Shown in pieces: positions 36,812 through 45,154 of a stretch of 64,000 nt of DNA. The stretch covers positions 63,523-127,522 of the forward strand of contig JBGAGE010000012.1 in assembly GCA_044226865.1 (NCBI GenBank), given 5' to 3'. The position numbers and the translations under genes were made by a program. This DNA is from Steroidobacteraceae bacterium (lineage in GTDB: Bacteria; Pseudomonadota; Gammaproteobacteria; Steroidobacterales; Steroidobacteraceae). The first letter of the stretch is position 1. The number at the start of each line of letters is the position of its first letter. The notes under the pieces were generated by a model that had not been told where the DNA came from, made no database searches, and saw nothing but the letters and a program-made list of their open reading frames with translations.

Positions 36812-37424
36812 GATCCGGTCCCTTCGCAATGGCGCCGGCGGCATCCTCGATGATCTTGCGTACGCGCGCGGTCTCCGCTTCGTTCCAACCGCCGCGGTGG
36901 AACATGAGCGAGGCTTTGAGCGTGTGCATCGCGTGGTGCAAGGTGTCGGGCGGCCGTTCACCGGAGACGGCGCGCGCGGCCATTTCCATGCGCGCCGTGG
37001 CGCTGTGGAGCGCGTCGCGATTCTCGACCAGGAAGGCTTCGCCATCCGGCGTGATCTCGAACAATCGCTTGGTGCCTTCGGAGGACGTCGAACGTACCTG
37101 GCCCAATTCCTCGAGCAGCGTGAGCGTGGGATAGACGGAACCGGGGCTTGGGGCGTAGCCGCCGCCGAATTTCTGCTCCAGCTCCTTGATGAGTTCATAG
37201 CCGTGGCGCGGCTTGGTCGCAATCATGGACAGCAGCATCAGCCGCAGATCTCCGGGCCCGAACACACGCCCGCCGCCGCCACCGCCGCGACCGAAGGGGC
37301 CCCGGCCCATGCGAGCCCCGGATTCCTCGGTCGAGCCATGCCGGCCGTGATGCCCACGGCCACCGCCCCGGTGGCAGTATGGCGCGCTAACATCATGATA
37401 TTGCTTACGAAAATTTCCAAACAT
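36804..37424 (-). CDS. PadR family transcriptional regulator with a Gly/Arg/His-rich N-terminal extension
   Basis: PRHGYELIKELEQKFGGGYAPSPGSVYPTLTLLEELG is the PadR winged helix. It is preceded by about 55 aa rich in G, R and H. Confidence 0.85.
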   Translation of the reverse strand: MFGNFRKQYHDVSAPYCHRGGGRGHHGRHGSTEESGARMGRGPFGRGGGGGGRVFGPGDLRLMLLSMIATKPRHGYELIKELEQKFGGGYAPSPGSVYPTLTLLEELGQVRSTSSEGTKRLFEITPDGEAFLVENRDALHSATARMEMAARAVSGERPPDTLHHAMHTLKASLMFHRGGWNEAETARVRKIIEDAAGAIAKGPDHE

Positions 37425-37462
37425 CGATGTACTTTCCTGATAAATGATATTTCAGACATACG

Positions 37463-37476
37463 AACGATATATCGTT
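37463..37476. promoter_or_regulatory. 14-bp perfect palindrome upstream of the PadR operon (candidate operator)
   Basis: aacgatatatcgtt, about 40 nt upstream of the PadR start codon in an AT-rich intergenic stretch. Confidence 0.4.
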
Positions 37477-37515
37477 AGTAATTATCTGTCAATGTCATCG
37501 TTTGAGTTCATCGAT

Positions 37516-38790
37516 TCAGTCACGCATGGGCTGGTGGGCGGTTTCCGTCGCCGCCCAGATGGCAATGGCGGTCAGCGTAAATGCCGCAGCGACGTAGCAG
37601 GCCAGCGGCAGTGTCGAAGGATGGTTCTTGTACAGCGCCGTGAAGGCCAGCGGCGCGACGCCGCCCGCGACCACGCCGGTGAGCGTGTAGGACAGCGAAG
37701 CGCCGGCATAGCGCACGCGCGCCGGAAACTGCTCGGCGATGAAGGCGGCCTGCGGGCCGTACAGGGTCGCATGCAGGATCAGGCCGATCGCCACGGCTGC
37801 CGCCATTAACAATGGCTCTCGTGTATCGAGCAACGGAAAATATGCAAACGCCCAGGCCACCGAGGCCGCGCTGCCCAGCGCGAGCAGCGGACGCCGCCCG
37901 GTGCGATCGGACAACGATGCGAACCAGGGAATCGCCAGCGCGTGACAGGCGGCTCCCAGCAGCGTGCAGCCCAACGCCAGCGCGCGGCTCAGCTGCAGGA
38001 TGGTGGTGAGATAGGTGAGCGTGAACACCACCAGCATCGCATACCAGACATCGGCGCCGAAACGCGCGCCGATGCAGATGAAGAGCGGCCGCTTGTGCTC
38101 TCGCATCACCTCGGTGAGAGGCGCCTTCGCCGTCTGTTGCTGCGCGGAGAGTGCGAGGAATGCCGGTGTTTCGGTGATGGCATGCCGGAGCCACAGTCCG
38201 AATCCAACCAGCAACGTGCTCAACAGGAAGGGCAGCCGCCATCCCCATGACATGAACGCCACCGGATCGAGCCAATGATTGACGCCCGCGACGGTGGCGG
38301 TGCCGAGCAGCGTGCCGCAGGCCGGCCCGATCTGGGCAAACGAGCCATTGCGGCCACGCCGCTGCGCGGGACCATGCTCGATGGCGAGCAGCACGGCGCC
38401 CGCCCATTCACCGCCGATGGCGGCACCCTGCGCGAAGCGCAGCGACACCAACAGGGCAGGGCTCCATACGCCCCATTGCGCATAGGTTGGCAGCAGTCCG
38501 ATCAACGCCGTGGCGATCCCCATCGCGAGCAGCGTTGCAACCAGCACGAAGCGCCTGCCGCGGCGGTCGCCCAGGTGGCCGAACAGCAGGCCGCCCACCG
38601 GCCGCGCCAGGTAGCCGACGGCGTAGGTGGAAAAGGCGAGCAGCGTCCCTGACAGCGGGTCGAACGACGGAAAAAACACGGCGTTGAAGACCAGTGCCGC
38701 CATCAGGTTGTAGACCAGGAAGTCGTACCACTCGAGCGTGGTGCCCACGGCGCTGGCGGCGGCGAGGCGGCGCATGGGAGTGGCGCGCAT
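37516..38790 (-). CDS. MFS transporter, metabolite:H+ symporter (MHS) type
   Basis: TTLEWYDFLVYN and GHLGDRRGRR motifs of the MHS family, with 12 predicted TM segments. Its ATG shares one nucleotide with the stop of the upstream Tus-like gene (TGATG). Confidence 0.85.
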   Translation of the reverse strand: MRATPMRRLAAASAVGTTLEWYDFLVYNLMAALVFNAVFFPSFDPLSGTLLAFSTYAVGYLARPVGGLLFGHLGDRRGRRFVLVATLLAMGIATALIGLLPTYAQWGVWSPALLVSLRFAQGAAIGGEWAGAVLLAIEHGPAQRRGRNGSFAQIGPACGTLLGTATVAGVNHWLDPVAFMSWGWRLPFLLSTLLVGFGLWLRHAITETPAFLALSAQQQTAKAPLTEVMREHKRPLFICIGARFGADVWYAMLVVFTLTYLTTILQLSRALALGCTLLGAACHALAIPWFASLSDRTGRRPLLALGSAASVAWAFAYFPLLDTREPLLMAAAVAIGLILHATLYGPQAAFIAEQFPARVRYAGASLSYTLTGVVAGGVAPLAFTALYKNHPSTLPLACYVAAAFTLTAIAIWAATETAHQPMRD

Positions 38791-39695
38791 CACGAGGACT
38801 GCGCCGCGCGCGCGCGCGCGAGATATCGATAGGCGGGGATGCTCATCAGGAACGGCTCCGGTTGAAGATTGGGCGTTCGCACGCGGCGTTCGTTCTCGCC
38901 CCGTACCTCGTGCAGCGCCGCGAAGCGCACTTCCGGTGGCGTGTGATACCGGCCGGCGGCATACATCAGCGGCAGTTCCGCGGCCATCTGCACACGGCCG
39001 CGCCCGCGTGCGTCGAGACGCGTGTAGACGATGTTGGCGCGGATGTTGTCGTAGTGCGGGCGCGCGAGGGCCAGGTGCCTTTCCTGCCGCGGCAATTGCG
39101 CCAGCCGCGCGCGATCGGCGGCCACGTTCGGCCCCTCCATCGTGAGCAGCAGGTTGAAGATGTCCTCCACGGATTTGCGATACACGGCGCGCGTGCGGGC
39201 GCGTGTGTAGGTCACGGTGGCTGGCGGCGCCGCGAGCAGCGGAATCCTGCGGTACGCTGCGAGCAGGTTCAGGTCACTGCGCTGGATGCTGCGCAACACG
39301 GCGCGGATCACCGGAATCGCGCGGGTGCCATCGCCATCGGGTACACGCGTGCGGATGTTCTGCAGCGGGGCGCAGATGTCCTTGAAGGCTGCCTTGGCGG
39401 TGTTCACGGCCTGCGCACGCTTCACGATGTCGGCCGTCACGCCGAGCACGCCCAGGCACACGGGGGAGGAGCCAGTCAGCTCGTCCATCCGGTAATCGAT
39501 GGTGGAGTAGGCGTCGCACACCAGCTGTCGGGCGTGACGCTCATCGGCGTGCTCGACGCAAATCCAGCCGTCGTGGTGCGCCACCGCGGCGACGAAGCGC
39601 GCCGTGCTGGTTTCCAGTGTGCGCAGCGCCTGGGCGACGGTCTGGCGGTGAAGAGTGAGGTCCACGATAGCCCGCTGCTGGGAGAATAGTACCAT
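38790..39695 (-). CDS. tus: DNA replication terminus site-binding protein (Tus) homolog
   Basis: 301 aa, against 309 aa for E. coli Tus. Collinear similarity to my recollection of E. coli Tus: PVCLGVLGV vs [17 protein letters not shown]...[26 protein letters not shown] vs LNAYRTL...[53 protein letters not shown] vs [46 protein letters not shown] vs YKPQAQPLRLIIPRLHLYV. It is the C-terminal third of a 673-aa track ORF. Confidence 0.65.
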   Translation of the reverse strand: [301 protein letters not shown]

Positions 39696-39713
39696 TATAC
39701 ATACTCCGTACAG
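39695..39713. repeat. 19-bp inverted repeat, left arm (covers the tus RBS and the A of its ATG)
   Basis: ttatacatactccgtacag is the exact reverse complement of 39794-39812. Confidence 0.8.
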
Positions 39714-39793
39714 CAAAACGGTCGAGTCACCGCTCTTGATCTTGGAGACGGATGGCCATCGAACGGTTGAGGCTTGCTTGGTATGTCGCTTGT

Positions 39794-39812
39794 CTGTACG
39801 GAGTATGTATAA
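39794..39812. repeat. 19-bp inverted repeat, right arm
   Basis: ctgtacggagtatgtataa, 80 nt from the left arm. On the plus strand it contains TATAAT (39808-39813). Confidence 0.8.
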
Positions 39813-39884
39813 TTTGAGCAGCGTTCCACCCGCGTTGCGAATCTGCGAGTCGCGCCGCGCACGCCGTTCACGTTCTTTGCGAGG

Positions 39885-40775
39885 ATGCGAGTCATCGCCA
39901 CACGTCTTCACATCCTCAACTTTCGCCATGCCGCGTCGATGCTGGCAGTGGTGCTGCTGGCCGCCTGCACAGCGACGCCGCGCAGGCATTCCCCACACCC
40001 GCCACCGGCGCCTCCAGCATGGCGCCTCACGGGGGAACAACGGGCTCTCGCCCACGCCAATTGCTATGGCGGACTCCCCGTGGGGCAGGCCGCGCGCGGC
40101 TCGACAGAGCTGATCGTGCGACGCGGCTATGTCCTCGAGCACAGCAGCCGCGACAAGATTCCGCTGTGGGTGTGCGAGAGCGACAGCGCGGCGCAACTGC
40201 AGGGTCATCTGAAACGCCATGACAAATTCGCGCCGGACCCCGCGCTCACGGGACCCCGCTCGCTGCCCTCCGATTATCACCACTCGGGCTATGAGCGCGG
40301 CCACCAGGCGCCGGCCGGGAACCAGACCGTGGATCCGGCGCTCAAGGACGAGACGTTCTACATGTCCAACATCGCGCCGCAACGTCCCTCGCTCAACAGC
40401 GGTATCTGGAACATGCTGGAGCAGAAGACGCGCAGTTGGGTGCAACACTATGGCCATGCCTACGAGTGGACCGGTCCCATCCTCTGCAATGAGTCGCAGC
40501 CCGGAAGTAATGCGGATTGCGAGCGCAAGAGCATCGGCAATGGCGTGACCGTGCCGGAGGAGTTCTTCAAGATCATCCTGGTGCAGGAGCGCGGCGAGTG
40601 GAAAGCCATCGCCTTCGTCATGCCCAACACCGACTACCGGCGACCTTACGAGCTGGAGCGGTACATCCGTTCCATCGACTGGATCGAGCAGCAGACCGGC
40701 ATCCGCTTCATGCCGGAAATGCCCGCGGAGGAGGCGCGAAAATTGAAATCCTCGACGCCCCGGATGTGGCGATGA
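39885..40775 (+). CDS. DNA/RNA non-specific endonuclease (lipoprotein)
   Basis: YERGHQAPAGN (the DRGH-type beta-beta-alpha-Me active site) and SNIAPQ. Lipobox in AVVLLAAC. The start may instead be the internal ATG at 39939. Confidence 0.85.
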   Translation: MRVIATRLHILNFRHAASMLAVVLLAACTATPRRHSPHPPPAPPAWRLTGEQRALAHANCYGGLPVGQAARGSTELIVRRGYVLEHSSRDKIPLWVCESDSAAQLQGHLKRHDKFAPDPALTGPRSLPSDYHHSGYERGHQAPAGNQTVDPALKDETFYMSNIAPQRPSLNSGIWNMLEQKTRSWVQHYGHAYEWTGPILCNESQPGSNADCERKSIGNGVTVPEEFFKIILVQERGEWKAIAFVMPNTDYRRPYELERYIRSIDWIEQQTGIRFMPEMPAEEARKLKSSTPRMWR

Positions 40776-40861
40776 GCCCGGCGTCCATGGGACGGTGAGC
40801 GGCGCCGGCACGACCCGCGCTACACTGCGCCTTGGCGCGGACCTGGCGCGAAGGAGCCCTC

Positions 40862-41737
40862 ATGCGAATTGGCCTGCAGATCCCCAGTTTCACCTGGCCG
40901 GGCGGCCCCGCGGTCATTCCCCGCACGCTGGCCAACATCGCCACCGCGGCCGAATCGGCCGGCTTCTACAGCGTGTGGGTGATGGACCATTTCTTCCAGA
41001 TCCATCAGGTGGGACCACCCGAGCAGGAGATGCTGGAAGGCTATGCCACCTTGAGCTACCTGGCCGGCTTCACGCGCACGGTGAAGCTCGGCACCATGGT
41101 GACGGGGGTCGTTTATCGCTACCCCGGGATTCTGGTGAAGACGGTGACCACGCTGGATGTGCTGTCGGGCGGCCGCGCCTACCTTGGCATCGGCGCCGCC
41201 TGGAACGAACAGGAATCCAAAGGCCTGGGCGTGCCGTTTCCGCCCTTGGGCACCCGCTTCGAGCAGCTCGAGGAGACCCTGCAAATTGCGAAGCAAATGT
41301 GGTCGGGCGAGGATGCGCCCTACCACGGGAAGCATTTCACGCTGGAGCGGGCCCTGTGCAGCCCGCAGCCGCTATCCCGCCCGCACCCGCCCATCCTGGT
41401 CGCCGGCGGCGGCGAGAAGAAGACCTTGAGGCTGGTGGCGCAATACGCGGATGCTTGTAATTTGTACGGCAGCCCCGATGTCATCGCTTCCAAGCTCCAG
41501 GTGTTGCGGCAGCATTGCGAGGCCCTGGGGCGCGACTACGATTCCATCGAGAAAACCACCTTGGGGTATGCCGATTTGGCGCCCGGCAAGATGCGCCCGG
41601 CGGACGTGATCGCACAATGCAGGCAGTTGAAATCCATGGGTGTCGACCATGCCCTGTTCTACGTATCGAATGTGCATGAGATCAGCCCATTGGAAGTGTT
41701 CGGTCGTGAAATAATCCCCGAGATTTCCGGTCTATGA
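40862..41737 (+). CDS. LLM-class (luciferase-like) flavin/F420-dependent oxidoreductase
   Basis: [10 protein letters not shown]...[10 protein letters not shown] and overall luciferase-like monooxygenase TIM-barrel motifs. Confidence 0.8.
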   Translation: MRIGLQIPSFTWPGGPAVIPRTLANIATAAESAGFYSVWVMDHFFQIHQVGPPEQEMLEGYATLSYLAGFTRTVKLGTMVTGVVYRYPGILVKTVTTLDVLSGGRAYLGIGAAWNEQESKGLGVPFPPLGTRFEQLEETLQIAKQMWSGEDAPYHGKHFTLERALCSPQPLSRPHPPILVAGGGEKKTLRLVAQYADACNLYGSPDVIASKLQVLRQHCEALGRDYDSIEKTTLGYADLAPGKMRPADVIAQCRQLKSMGVDHALFYVSNVHEISPLEVFGREIIPEISGL

Positions 41738-41741
41738 GCAT

Positions 41742-42188
41742 ATGAGCAACTATCACAAGGATCCCCAGGCGATTGCCCGGCTCACCCCGGAGCAATTCCG
41801 CGTCACGCAGCAAAGCGGTACCGAGCGCCCCGGCACCGGTGAGTACCTTGGCAACAAGCAACCCGGCATCTATGTGGACATCGTGTCGGGCGAGCCGCTG
41901 TTCGCTTCTTCCGACAAATATGAATCCGGATGCGGCTGGCCGAGCTTCGTGAAGCCCATCGAACCGGCCAACGTGAGCGAACTGCGCGATGCTTCGCACG
42001 GCATGATTCGCACCGAGGTGCGCTCCACGCACGGCGACAGCCATCTCGGCCATGTTTTCAACGACGGGCCGCGTGATCGCGGCGGACTGCGCTATTGCAT
42101 CAACTCGGCATCGCTGCGTTTCGTGCATCGCGACGACATGCAGGCGCAGGGCTATGGCGCTTACCTCAACCAAGTGGAGGACGTGTGA
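41742..42188 (+). CDS. msrB: peptide-methionine (R)-S-oxide reductase
   Basis: GCGWPSF and RYCINSASL motifs. Confidence 0.92.
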   Translation: MSNYHKDPQAIARLTPEQFRVTQQSGTERPGTGEYLGNKQPGIYVDIVSGEPLFASSDKYESGCGWPSFVKPIEPANVSELRDASHGMIRTEVRSTHGDSHLGHVFNDGPRDRGGLRYCINSASLRFVHRDDMQAQGYGAYLNQVEDV

Positions 42189-42688
42189 TGAGCCAGGAAC
42201 GTGCAGTACTCGCCGGCGGTTGCTTCTGGGGCATGCAGGACCTTTTGCGCCGCTACGAAGGCGTGATCTCCACGCGTGTGGGTTACACGGGCGGTGAGGT
42301 GAAGAACGCCACTTATCGTAATCATGGCAATCACGCGGAAGCCATCGAGATCATCTTCGATCCAAAGAAGCTCAGCTTCAGCCAGCTGCTGGAGTTCTTC
42401 TTCCAGATCCACGATCCGACCACGCCCAATCGCCAGGGCAACGATCGCGGTCCCAGCTATCGCTCGGCCATCTTCTATACCAGCGAGGAGCAGCGCAAGA
42501 CCGCGGAGCAGGTCATTGCGGCCGTGAATGCTTCCGGTTTGTGGCCCGGAAAGGTGGTGACCGAAGTCACCGCGGCCAGTGATTTCTGGGAGGCGGAGCC
42601 CGAGCACCAGGATTACCTGGAGCGCTACCCCGACGGCTACACCTGCCATTACATCCGGCCGAACTGGAAGCTGCGCAAATCCGCCTGA
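42188..42688 (+). CDS. msrA: peptide-methionine (S)-S-oxide reductase
   Basis: GGCFWG active site. Its ATG overlaps the msrB stop (TGATG). Confidence 0.92.
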   Translation: MSQERAVLAGGCFWGMQDLLRRYEGVISTRVGYTGGEVKNATYRNHGNHAEAIEIIFDPKKLSFSQLLEFFFQIHDPTTPNRQGNDRGPSYRSAIFYTSEEQRKTAEQVIAAVNASGLWPGKVVTEVTAASDFWEAEPEHQDYLERYPDGYTCHYIRPNWKLRKSA

Positions 42689-42709
42689 CGGCACGCTTGC
42701 CGCGCCGCG

Positions 42710-44230
42710 GTGGGTGACGCGATTCAAGACAGCGAGGCGCGCCGCCGCGAGCGGCGCGTCGTTCTCTTGCTGATGGCGGCGTACACCGTCAACTCGATGG
42801 ACCGCAGCATCGTGTCCATCGTCGGGCAATCCATGAAAATGGACCTGGGCTTGAGCGACACGCAGCTCGGGCTATTGGGCGGAACCGCCTTCGCGCTGCT
42901 TTACGCCTTCGGCGGCATCCCCGCCGGGCGCCTGGCCGAGAGGGTCAATCGCGTCAACCTGCTCAGCGTCGCGCTGCTCTTGTGGTCGAGCCTCACCATG
43001 TTGTGCGCCATGGCGGCCTCGTTCGCGCAATTGCTGCTGATCCGCGTAGGCGTCGGCGTGGCGGAGTCCGGCTGTTCACCGCCATCGCATTCGCTCATCT
43101 CCGACACCATCGAGCCGTCGCGACGCGCCTCCGCGTTGTCCGTGTACACCTGCGGCATTTCGCTGGGCTACATCCTGGTGGCCGTGGTGGGCGGGTATGT
43201 GACGCAGCATGTCGGTTGGCGCGCCGCGTGCGTGGCCGTGGGGCTGCCGGGCATCGTGGTGGCGGTGCTAATCAAGCTGCTGATCGATGAGCCGGCGCGC
43301 GGCGCCTCGGAGCGCAAAGCGGAGGCCGGCATCGATCCGGCGCACGTGTCCTTGCCACGATTCTCACTGCGTGCCGAGATCACCGAACTGTCACACGTGG
43401 CGCGTACGCTACTCGGCGATGCGCGCTACCTGCACGTGGTCGCGGGCCTCACGCTGCAAGCCTTTGCGGCCTACGGCCTCTACGCCTTCATGCCGTTATA
43501 CCTGCGCCGCTCCTTCGGACTCGAGTATTCCACCGTCGGTTGGCTGAGCGCGGCGGCGGGCGGCGTGGCCGTGGGCTTGGGGATACTCGCGGGCGGATAT
43601 CTCGCCGACCGGTTGAACCGGCGACTCGGCGCCGTTGCAGCGACGCGCCAGACGCGTTGGTATGCACTGGTGCCCGCGATCGGCGGCACACTCTCGATAC
43701 CGCTGTACGTCATGGCGCTGTGGGATCGCGATTGGCTGCGCGCCACCGGTTGGCTGGCGGCCGCCGGATTTTTTCAATACACCTGCCTCGGTCCCACCTT
43801 CGGTGTGGTGCAGAACGCCGTGCCCCCACAGCGGCGCGCGACCGCCACGGCGCTCCTGTACATCTGCCTGAACGTGGTGGCACTGGGCGGCGGGCCGCTG
43901 TTCGCCGGTTGGGTGATCGACCGCGCGGCCGAATCGCAATTTCAAGCCACCGTGGTGACGTCCGCAGCGAACCATGCGGCGGGTACGATGACGGCGGGCG
44001 CGGCGAGCTTCCACCAGCAGTGCCCGGGCGGTGGCGCACCGACTGATGCCTCCTCCGGCCTGCAGGCACGCTGCCACTCGGCCCTGGCCATGGGTACACA
44101 GCACGGCTTGCTCGTCACCTTGGCGTTCTTCGCCTGGGCCGCGTTCCACTACTTCCTGGCGGCGCTGCGGATGTCATCGCCGCCCGCTAGCGGACTCGCT
44201 CAACCTTCGGGACAACGTGCCGCAGGTTAG
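42710..44230 (+). CDS. MFS transporter
   Basis: 506 aa. GRLAERVNR loop motif and multiple TM segments. GTG start. Confidence 0.75.
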   Translation: MGDAIQDSEARRRERRVVLLLMAAYTVNSMDRSIVSIVGQSMKMDLGLSDTQLGLLGGTAFALLYAFGGIPAGRLAERVNRVNLLSVALLLWSSLTMLCAMAASFAQLLLIRVGVGVAESGCSPPSHSLISDTIEPSRRASALSVYTCGISLGYILVAVVGGYVTQHVGWRAACVAVGLPGIVVAVLIKLLIDEPARGASERKAEAGIDPAHVSLPRFSLRAEITELSHVARTLLGDARYLHVVAGLTLQAFAAYGLYAFMPLYLRRSFGLEYSTVGWLSAAAGGVAVGLGILAGGYLADRLNRRLGAVAATRQTRWYALVPAIGGTLSIPLYVMALWDRDWLRATGWLAAAGFFQYTCLGPTFGVVQNAVPPQRRATATALLYICLNVVALGGGPLFAGWVIDRAAESQFQATVVTSAANHAAGTMTAGAASFHQQCPGGGAPTDASSGLQARCHSALAMGTQHGLLVTLAFFAWAAFHYFLAALRMSSPPASGLAQPSGQRAAG

Positions 44231-45105
44231 GATCGGCGCACGGCGCGGATCGATTCCTCGGTCCAATTCGCTTCGATGTAGAAAGGTCCGGGCTTTTCGT
44301 ACAACTGCTCGTACTTGCAGATCACGGGCTCTGGGCCGAGCGGTGTCGACGCACCGTCCTTGAACGCCCACTCACCGCGATCGCTGTCGGCCGCACGCAC
44401 GTAGCTGTTGATCATGAAGCGCCGGTCGTAATCGCTCACATTCGGGCTCGAGCCATGCACGGTGAACAGCGTCCACAGCAGCAGATCCCCGGGCTGCATC
44501 TCGCAGGTCACGATGTCCGCGGGATCGAGCCCCGCGCGCTGCAGTTCCTCGTCCTGCGTCTGGCCGATCATGATGGGTCCGTCGTCGGCAAGACCCAGGT
44601 AGCCGCGGCGATGGCTGCGCGGAATGACACGCAGGGCGCCGTTTTCCTTCGTTTGCGGATCGATGGCAAGGCCGGTGGTGACATTGCTGCGCACGAAGGC
44701 AAAATCCTTGCTGTTGCCTTCGCGAAAGCGGGCATCCTGGTGGAAGCGGTAGAAGGTGTACTTGGCGCCGGGCGGCTTCCAATGCACCTGATGCGCAATC
44801 TGGCGGATGTCGAGGCCGAGGAAAGGCTGCAGCACGGCGTAATAGCGCGCGCTGCGCCGCATGCGCTCCATCAGCGGGCTGATCCACGCCGTCCAATGCG
44901 CCTGCAGCAACACGCGCCGCTTCGCCTTCGGGTCATCCAGGATTTCGAACAGGAGGTTCTTGTCGCGGTAGGTGGCGTGATGGCGCAGCGCCTCGGCTTC
45001 GATGCGCTGGACTTCCCGGCTGATTTCCTCAATCTCCTCGCGCGGCATGAAATTGCGCACGATGGCGAAGCCCTCGGATTCCACTTCAGCGACCAGATCT
45101 TGCAT
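44227..45105 (-). CDS. phytanoyl-CoA dioxygenase family (Fe(II)/2-oxoglutarate) protein
   Basis: FHQDARF (HxD) and a distal His in TVHGSSPN. ATG at 45105 with AGAGGG upstream is preferred to TTG at 45126. Confidence 0.75.
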   Translation of the reverse strand: MQDLVAEVESEGFAIVRNFMPREEIEEISREVQRIEAEALRHHATYRDKNLLFEILDDPKAKRRVLLQAHWTAWISPLMERMRRSARYYAVLQPFLGLDIRQIAHQVHWKPPGAKYTFYRFHQDARFREGNSKDFAFVRSNVTTGLAIDPQTKENGALRVIPRSHRRGYLGLADDGPIMIGQTQDEELQRAGLDPADIVTCEMQPGDLLLWTLFTVHGSSPNVSDYDRRFMINSYVRAADSDRGEWAFKDGASTPLGPEPVICKYEQLYEKPGPFYIEANWTEESIRAVRRS

Positions 45106-45154
45106 GGCGGCAGCCCTCTTTCGCAACTTGAGACATGCTGACCGATACCGTGTA

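Noticed and set aside
36047-37222. 391-aa ORF extending the siderophore-interacting protein upstream
   Set aside because: The N-terminal 137 aa overlap the PadR gene out of frame and are Arg/Pro/Ser-rich. The internal ATG at 36811 gives a normal-length SIP.
39794-39812. Calling the 19-bp repeat arms bona fide Ter sites
   Set aside because: Only a 7-nt AGTATGT block matches my recollection of the E. coli Ter core, and the rest differs. A 7-mer match is not evidence. The idea is retained only as a testable hypothesis.
38790-40811. 673-aa minus-strand ORF spanning the tus region and the endonuclease gene
   Set aside because: Only the last 301 aa (38790-39695) look like a real protein, with an RBS and Tus-like sequence. 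The upstream two thirds are Arg/Ala/Gly-rich translation antisense to the well-supported endonuclease gene and run through the intergenic inverted repeats.
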